The notes beneath the pieces were generated by a model. The model did not search any database, had not been told where the DNA came from, and saw only the letters and a list, made by a program, of their open reading frames with translations. From Spirochaetia bacterium (GTDB lineage Bacteria > Spirochaetota > Spirochaetia > PWKH01), in contig SKJE01000051.1 in assembly GCA_007116075.1 (NCBI GenBank), positions 1 through 56,310 of the forward strand: DNA of 56,310 bases. Reading direction: 5' to 3'. Of this stretch, positions 51,397 through 56,310 are shown one piece after another (the first letter of the stretch is position 1; the number at the start of each line of letters is the position of its first letter). Made by a program: the position numbers and the translations under genes.

Positions 51397-53268
51397 TTAT
51401 ACGTAATCCTTCAGGCGTCTGCTCCTCTTCGGATGGCGCAGCCTGCGAAGCGCCTTAGCCTCTATCTGTCTGATTCGTTCACGGGTGACCTCAAAATACA
51501 GTCCAACCTCTTCCAGTGTCAAGGAGTATCCATCCTCAAGTCCGAAGCGCATTTTCAGCACCTCCTGTTCCCGGGGAGGTAGCGTCTTTAGTACATCCTG
51601 AAGTTGTTCCTGCAGTAATGTGAAAGCTGTCTGGCTGGCAGGATTCTCGACATCCTTGTCCTCAATAAAGTCGCCCAGCAGAGAATCCTCCTCCTCCCCA
51701 ATAGGGGTCTCCAGAGAAATCGGTTCCCGGGCAACATTTTTAACAGCCTTGACCCGCTGGGGAGTCCATCCGAGACGTTCTGCAATTTCTTCATCGGTAG
51801 GTTCACGACCGAAAACCTGCATTAACTGACGTGATTCCCGAACAACTTTGTTTATCTGTTCTATCATATGGACAGGTACACGAATTGTTCTTGCCTGGTC
51901 TGATATGGATCGGGTAATAGCCTGACGGATCCACCATGTAGCATATGTGGAGAATTTATAGCCCTTGCGGTATTCGAACTTTTCCACCGCCTTGATAAGA
52001 CCGATATTCCCCTCCTGAACCAGGTCAAAAAAGTGCAGTCCCCGGTTGGTATACTTCTTGGCGATACTGACGACAAGCCGCAGGTTCGCCTGTATAAGAC
52101 GGTCCTTGGCGTTCTTCATCATGATTTTGCCGCGATTGATTTCTCTGGCCTTAATAATCACTTCATCAATGGAGTCCTCAAACTCATTCTCGATGTTTTT
52201 CAGTTCCTTGTCGGCCATCTGGATCTTCTTGATATTTTCCTTGATTTCCTCTGCACTGATCTCAAGGGTGGATTCAATCTTCTTTTTCTGAGAAGGAATC
52301 GCAATACCGCGACCCATTTGTCGCAATTCTCTTACAGAAGACACTCCAAGACGAGCTTCAATTTCTTTTTTTCTGGTCTGAAGATCAAAAACGCGTTCTT
52401 CCGTGGATATAAACTTCTCGGTGAAATCGATGATTTCATCCTGCTGAATATCAATATGCTGCAATTTACCCAACAGCTGCCGCCGCTTCTTCATAAATTC
52501 TTCGGTTGTAACGATATCAAGACCAGACTCGATTGCCTTCTGTTTTTTATCTGCGTATCCCCTGATAACCGATGATAACTCTTTTAGTTGATCCCGATAT
52601 CCCTGGTTTAGGCGCTTCTGTTCGCTGAACAGTTCAGAAATCTCTTTCTTGGTGAGGTCTAGTTCTTTCTCATCAATCTTTCTGGAAAGTTTGTAGAGAA
52701 TTTCTGACATACAGGTTATTAGTATGCCTGATTCCTTAATAACCGCCTTGATGATATTCTCACCCTCCTCCATTCGCTTGGAGAGTTCAACTTCCTGATC
52801 GGCGGTCAGGAGATGTTCCTTACCGATTTCTCTGAGATAGAGCCTGATAGGATCATCGATGGATGCATCCTTATCGCTGAGGATCACCTTTTTCTTTCGT
52901 TCGTGAATTCTTGGGGCCTCATCTTCAGAGTCCTCCTCATCATCACTGTCGCTGCTGTCATCTTCCTCGATCTCATCCAGATCATCTTCATCGATTTCAA
53001 CGATATCAATGTCGGGTGCTTCCACCAGCTGGGGATCTATCAATTCCAGCGGCTCCTCCCCGTCGGCTGTCTTCACGTTTTCATCATCGTCATCAATGAT
53101 TTCAATGTGATATGCTTCAAGGAGGTTTATTACTTCATCAATTTTCTCAGAACTTGTTATGGAATCCGGCAGAAGATCATTGATCTCATCATAGTTGATC
53201 CGCTTTTTCTTCTTTGCGTATTCTAACAGCGCATCAATACCGGGTTCTGAAAGAATATCATGTGTCAT
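51397..53268 (-). CDS. rpoD: RNA polymerase sigma factor RpoD (sigma-70)
   Basis: There is an acidic N-terminal region. Region 2 reads [58 protein letters not shown]. Region 4 reads [30 protein letters not shown]. Confidence 0.96.
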   Translation of the reverse strand: MTHDILSEPGIDALLEYAKKKKRINYDEINDLLPDSITSSEKIDEVINLLEAYHIEIIDDDDENVKTADGEEPLELIDPQLVEAPDIDIVEIDEDDLDEIEEDDSSDSDDEEDSEDEAPRIHERKKKVILSDKDASIDDPIRLYLREIGKEHLLTADQEVELSKRMEEGENIIKAVIKESGILITCMSEILYKLSRKIDEKELDLTKKEISELFSEQKRLNQGYRDQLKELSSVIRGYADKKQKAIESGLDIVTTEEFMKKRRQLLGKLQHIDIQQDEIIDFTEKFISTEERVFDLQTRKKEIEARLGVSSVRELRQMGRGIAIPSQKKKIESTLEISAEEIKENIKKIQMADKELKNIENEFEDSIDEVIIKAREINRGKIMMKNAKDRLIQANLRLVVSIAKKYTNRGLHFFDLVQEGNIGLIKAVEKFEYRKGYKFSTYATWWIRQAITRSISDQARTIRVPVHMIEQINKVVRESRQLMQVFGREPTDEEIAERLGWTPQRVKAVKNVAREPISLETPIGEEEDSLLGDFIEDKDVENPASQTAFTLLQEQLQDVLKTLPPREQEVLKMRFGLEDGYSLTLEEVGLYFEVTRERIRQIEAKALRRLRHPKRSRRLKDYV

Positions 53269-55064
53269 ACTGGCTTCCTTATTTCTTGAATCTCCTCATC
53301 GAGATACTTTTTTTCATACAGCAGCTCCCGCAATTCCTGCAGGGATCCTGCATCCTGACGTTTTTCCAACTCTTTTATCTTCCTGACAATTTTTCTCTGT
53401 TGCTGATCAAGTTTCCTCAGCTGAAGTCTTCTCAAGCCATCAACAACAATCTGTTCAGGATATGTGCTATAAGACCCGGATTCAAGTTCCTGTATGAAAA
53501 AGCTTTTTAAACGAGGGTCCGTGATTTCCTGAAGTATCGCATCAACCTCCGACACTCCCCTTCGAAATGCATCCTCAAGCACTGTATGAAGATCTTTGGC
53601 AGTCCGATTTCTCAAGATATATTTACTAATATCATTGCGGAAGCGGCTGTAGAGCTTTCCGTTTGCTAACAGCGTTACCATAATATATAGTTCGACATCC
53701 ATCTGAATATTCAGTTGATCGTTTTCCGGTACTATATCATTACGTCGTTCAATAACAGGCCCCTTCCCCGATGAACGGTACATAGCTCTATAATCGTCAT
53801 AGAGAACTGCAACGTCAAGCTGCAGATGATCCGCAAGTATGCGCAGATACTCATTACGTTTTATTTCTGAGGTTGTACTGGCAATCAGTGGATATGTGTG
53901 CTGAAATATGGATCTTTTTCCCTCCGGCAAATATACATCATACCGTTCGGTAAGGGTTTTTACAAGGTACTCAAAACTATTTATGGGGTTTTTTATACAA
54001 TTTATCAATTTATCCGGTGCATCTGCAAACAAATCTGCCGGATCCTTGCCCTTGGGGGTTACAATGATTTGAGTATCCAGATCCAGTTGCTCCAGCATGG
54101 GGAGTGTCTTGGTCATTGCATCAATGCCGGCAGCATCCTGATCAAACATAAGATATACCTGTTTTGCAAAGCGCTTAAGTTCATAGGCATGCTCAATGGT
54201 ACAGGCGGTGCCCAGAGGAGCTACTGCAAAGGGAAATCCCGCCTGATGGAGTGCAAGTACATCAAAATACCCTTCACATAGAATAGCTGATGCGTTTTTC
54301 CTCATACCCTCCTTCGATTCATGGAGGCCGTAGAGGGTTTTACGTTTTAAAAACACTGGGGTTTCAGGAGAATTTATATATTTTGCATAGGCTTCACGCT
54401 TAAGAGATCTTCCTCCGAAGGCAACCACCCTTCCCTGCCGGTCAGAGATAGGAAATAATACCCGCCCCCCAAAAAGTGATATCTCGGGATACTTTTTCGA
54501 GAATAAGCCGGACTGTGCGAGAAATTCATCTGAGTAATGATTTTTTTTCAGAAATTTATAGAGCCACGTACGTTGTTCAAAGAGATATCCTAGAGAGAAG
54601 TGCTCAATCATTTCTGCACTCACTCCACGAGAACTGAGATACTGTCGAGCAGGCTCAGCTGCTTTATGGTTCAGCAGGATATGGTGAAAACTCTCCTTCA
54701 ATCGTGCATTGAGTTCATAGAGCTGTTTCTGCTCCTTGGCTGCCTGGTCATAGGCTTCGGAGTGCTCCAGCTCTTGAGGAATATCTACATGAGCCTTTTC
54801 CGCAAGTTTTCGAATTGCCTCAGGGAAGGAAATCTGCTCCATCTCCATAACAAAATTGAACACCGATCCGCCCTTCTTGCATCCGTAGCAGAAATAGAGT
54901 CCCTTCTGGTCATCCACTGAAAAGGATGGTGTCTTTTCGGTATGAAACGGACATAACCCCCAGAGACGACTGCCCTTGTTCTGGAGCGTCACGTATTCCG
55001 AGACCACATCCTGAAGGGATATTTTTTCTTTAATCTCTTCCAATACTGAATCAGGTACTCTCAT
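53265..55064 (-). CDS. dnaG: DNA primase
   Basis: The CHC2 zinc finger is [36 protein letters not shown] Toprim region is present ([22 protein letters not shown]). The stop overlaps the rpoD start. Confidence 0.94.
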   Translation of the reverse strand: MRVPDSVLEEIKEKISLQDVVSEYVTLQNKGSRLWGLCPFHTEKTPSFSVDDQKGLYFCYGCKKGGSVFNFVMEMEQISFPEAIRKLAEKAHVDIPQELEHSEAYDQAAKEQKQLYELNARLKESFHHILLNHKAAEPARQYLSSRGVSAEMIEHFSLGYLFEQRTWLYKFLKKNHYSDEFLAQSGLFSKKYPEISLFGGRVLFPISDRQGRVVAFGGRSLKREAYAKYINSPETPVFLKRKTLYGLHESKEGMRKNASAILCEGYFDVLALHQAGFPFAVAPLGTACTIEHAYELKRFAKQVYLMFDQDAAGIDAMTKTLPMLEQLDLDTQIIVTPKGKDPADLFADAPDKLINCIKNPINSFEYLVKTLTERYDVYLPEGKRSIFQHTYPLIASTTSEIKRNEYLRILADHLQLDVAVLYDDYRAMYRSSGKGPVIERRNDIVPENDQLNIQMDVELYIMVTLLANGKLYSRFRNDISKYILRNRTAKDLHTVLEDAFRRGVSEVDAILQEITDPRLKSFFIQELESGSYSTYPEQIVVDGLRRLQLRKLDQQQRKIVRKIKELEKRQDAGSLQELRELLYEKKYLDEEIQEIRKPV

Positions 55065-55073
55065 AGACCTCTA

Positions 55074-55517
55074 TTACAGCCGTCTCATGATGGGTGTGAT
55101 GCATCTGCGGACTCGAAGAAGTTCTTCTATTTCCTCAGAAGTCCACAGACGGCCGGTTCCAATACCGGGGCATTGCTGGGCTTCCCGGTTCCAGGATTCC
55201 AGATCCTCAAGTATAGTCTGCCAAAAAGGATAGGTTTGGCACTGTTTCGGTCGAGCTTTATATACTGCACAACCATCTTCGGTCCAGAACACGCAGTCAT
55301 AATGGGCATCTTCCTTCAAGGATAGAAGCGTAAAGCCGCCTCCCATAGCAACCGAGACGCAGTATTGCGACTCAAAAGTATTACAGGAGATACCGAGATA
55401 ATCGGAAAGGGCATGAAGATCAGCAGACGATAGAAAGACATATCCGGGATCGTGTCTGCAGCAGTTCGAGCATTGTGTGCAGGAGAAATGCAGACCGCCG
55501 TCGTAAAATTGGGACAT
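55074..55517 (-). CDS. YkgJ-family cysteine-cluster (CxxCxxCC) protein
   Basis: The start is at MSQFYDGGLHFSCTQCSNCCRHDPGYVFL (55517). The upstream 63 codons of the track ORF are a translation of tRNA-Tyr and its terminator. Confidence 0.75.
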   Translation of the reverse strand: MSQFYDGGLHFSCTQCSNCCRHDPGYVFLSSADLHALSDYLGISCNTFESQYCVSVAMGGGFTLLSLKEDAHYDCVFWTEDGCAVYKARPKQCQTYPFWQTILEDLESWNREAQQCPGIGTGRLWTSEEIEELLRVRRCITPIMRRL

Positions 55518-55554
55518 ACAGCAGCATCCTTTTTTCTTTTCCTTACCGGAGGAC

Positions 55555-55587
55555 AAGAAAAAAGCCTCCCCCACATGTGGAAAGGCT
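55555..55587 (-). terminator. rho-independent terminator after tRNA-Tyr
   Basis: The reverse strand reads AGCCTTTCC-acatgtg-GGGGAGGCT followed by TTTTTCTT. The stem is 9 bp including two G.U pairs. Confidence 0.6.
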
Positions 55588-55591
55588 CTAG

Positions 55592-55673
55592 TGGGGAGAG
55601 AAGGATTCGAACCTTCGAAGGCTGAGCCAACAGATTTACAGTCTGCCCCCTTTGACCGCTCGGGAACCTCCCC
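55592..55673 (-). tRNA. tRNA-Tyr (anticodon GTA), long variable arm, CCA not encoded
   Basis: The reverse strand reads GGGGAGGTTCCCGAGCGGTCAAAGGGGGCAGACTGTAAATCTGTTGGCTCAGCCTTCGAAGGTTCGAATCCTTCTCTCCCCA. It folds as a cloverleaf with anticodon loop CTGTAAA and a TTCGAAT T-loop. It is very close to canonical bacterial tRNA-Tyr. Confidence 0.93.
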
Positions 55674-55689
55674 TAAAAATCGTAGGTTG

Positions 55690-55719
55690 AAATTACCAAA
55701 TATCAATATTCATGTCAAT
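55690..55719 (-). promoter_or_regulatory. candidate promoter for tRNA-Tyr
   Basis: The reverse strand reads TTGACA (55714-55719), a 17-nt spacer, then TAATTT (55690-55695). This lies about 17 nt upstream of the tRNA 5' end. Confidence 0.4.
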
Positions 55720-55903
55720 AGGTTTTGCATATTTTGATCCATTCGCCTACATATCACCCCGTAAACGCTTGGATCTGTTTCTTTTCACTCACAGAATGTG
55801 TACTTTATAATAATAGTAATTTATTTTTAGATATTTTGTGACGATCATACTTTGAGAAGAGTTTATTATTATAGAAAGAAGAGAAATCGGGAGGATATCT
55901 GTC

Positions 55904-56095
55904 ATGTCAGAATCATATGCCAAGGAGTTTCTTGAGCTTGTCCTGCAGGACAAACACATGAGGAAACTCTGTGAACAGTTTACTATTGAAGAACTAGTGA
56001 ATGCAGCAAAAAAACAGCATGATCTGTTTAAATATAAGGGTCGTTCGCACCTGTTGTCAGCAATTGAAGCCTGTGATACCCCCTATACGGATTAA
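55904..56095 (+). CDS. small hypothetical protein with Nif11-like N-terminal pattern
   Basis: 63 aa. A GGGAGGA RBS lies 7 nt upstream of the ATG. MSESYAKEFLELVLQDKHMRKLCEQFTIEELVNAAKKQHDLF resembles the Nif11 pattern (FLE.V..D..L..KL......EELV..AK..GF) as I recall it. Confidence 0.45.
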   Translation: MSESYAKEFLELVLQDKHMRKLCEQFTIEELVNAAKKQHDLFKYKGRSHLLSAIEACDTPYTD

Positions 56096-56176
56096 TCACT
56101 AGTATAGTTGAAATTTTCTTATATATATTCTCCACCTCTTAATCACAAAATTGATAATAAACTTTCAAATAACCCT

Positions 56177-56205
56177 TTGACATCACTTCAAACCGATGGT
56201 AGCAT
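56177..56205 (+). promoter_or_regulatory. candidate sigma70 promoter for the right-edge gene
   Basis: TTGACA (56177-56182), a 17-nt spacer, then TAGCAT (56200-56205). Confidence 0.45.
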
Positions 56206-56209
56206 GTCG

Positions 56210-56257
56210 GTGTATCAATGTATTAATACACTAACTTTACGATACGTCACGTATCGT
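56210..56257. promoter_or_regulatory. cluster of dyad symmetries (candidate operator sites) in the leader of the right-edge gene
   Basis: GTGTAT-n10-ATACAC (56210-56231) encloses the perfect 10-bp palindrome GTATTAATAC. It is followed by the perfect 9-1-9 palindrome ACGATACGT-C-ACGTATCGT (56239-56257). All lie between the -10 element and the RBS AAGGGAG. Confidence 0.5.
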
Positions 56258-56276
56258 CATAAGGGAGCTAATCATC

Positions 56277-56310
56277 ATGTCACTGCTGACACTGGAGCAA
56301 GTAGAAAAAA
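56277..56310 (+). CDS. 5' end of a CDS cut by the window edge; the N-terminus resembles ABC-transporter ATPase starts
   Basis: The ATG is 8 nt after AAGGGAG. The product begins MSLLTLEQVEK, the common ABC ATP-binding protein opening (M..L.L..V.K). Only 11 codons are visible. Confidence 0.35.
   Translation, partial: MSLLTLEQVEK

Noticed and set aside
55518-55706. N-terminal 63 codons of track ORF 55074-55706 (MIFGNFNLRFLGEVPERSKGADCKSVGSAFEGSNPSLPT...)
   Set aside because: This stretch is the reverse-strand translation of tRNA-Tyr plus its terminator. The real CDS starts at MSQFYDGG (55517).
1-56310. Searched by eye for CRISPR arrays, restriction-modification, toxin-antitoxin pairs, retron/Abi/CBASS-like genes, secretion-system clusters and large tandem repeats
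   Set aside because: None was found. Every ORF above ~150 aa outside the two window edges is assignable to a core housekeeping family or is a single lineage-specific hypothetical. I will not claim a novel system from this window.

Overview
Overall call: this 56.3 kb window is almost entirely conserved housekeeping chromosome, and I found no convincing novel multi-gene system (defence, secretion, toxin-antitoxin or CRISPR).

The gene content points to a spirochaete-like bacterium (Spirochaetota). The main clues are a roughly 900-aa long-form GreA, a Cmk-S1 fusion protein, and tamB directly upstream of bamA.

Left to right, the window contains:
- An accessory patch downstream of the tmRNA gene: an IS4-type transposase cut by the window edge, a flavodoxin-family gene and degraded integrase-like fragments.
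- ssrA-smpB, then lepB, hemW, yebC, ruvCAB and queA, with tmk convergent on queA.
- tamB-bamA and mutS.
- The rimP-nusA-infB-rbfA-truB-ribF-rpsO-pnp-dut block.
- lptF/lptG-type permeases, tgt and murJ.
- A reverse-strand pair: a hypothetical gene plus long greA.
- rpe, dtd, recA, scpAB, rluB and cmk-rpsA.
- A TPR-like protein, a low-GC lipoprotein and mazG.
- A long reverse-strand block: tRNA-Tyr, ykgJ-like gene, dnaG, rpoD, a COG1579 zinc-ribbon gene, RNase P RNA and a fused radical-SAM gene.
- At the right edge, an AT-rich region with a small Nif11-like ORF and a palindrome-rich leader in front of a truncated, ABC-ATPase-like start.

The loci most worth a second look:
1. The ssrA-flanking island remnant.
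2. rnpB wedged between protein genes in one co-directional block, next to an uncharacterised fused radical-SAM enzyme.
3. The right-edge small ORF, operator and transporter start.
4. Lineage-specific domain architectures: NusA with an acidic tail plus zinc ribbon, RibF with a shortened kinase half, long GreA, and Cmk-S1.

All family assignments come from reading motifs in the translations. No searches were run.
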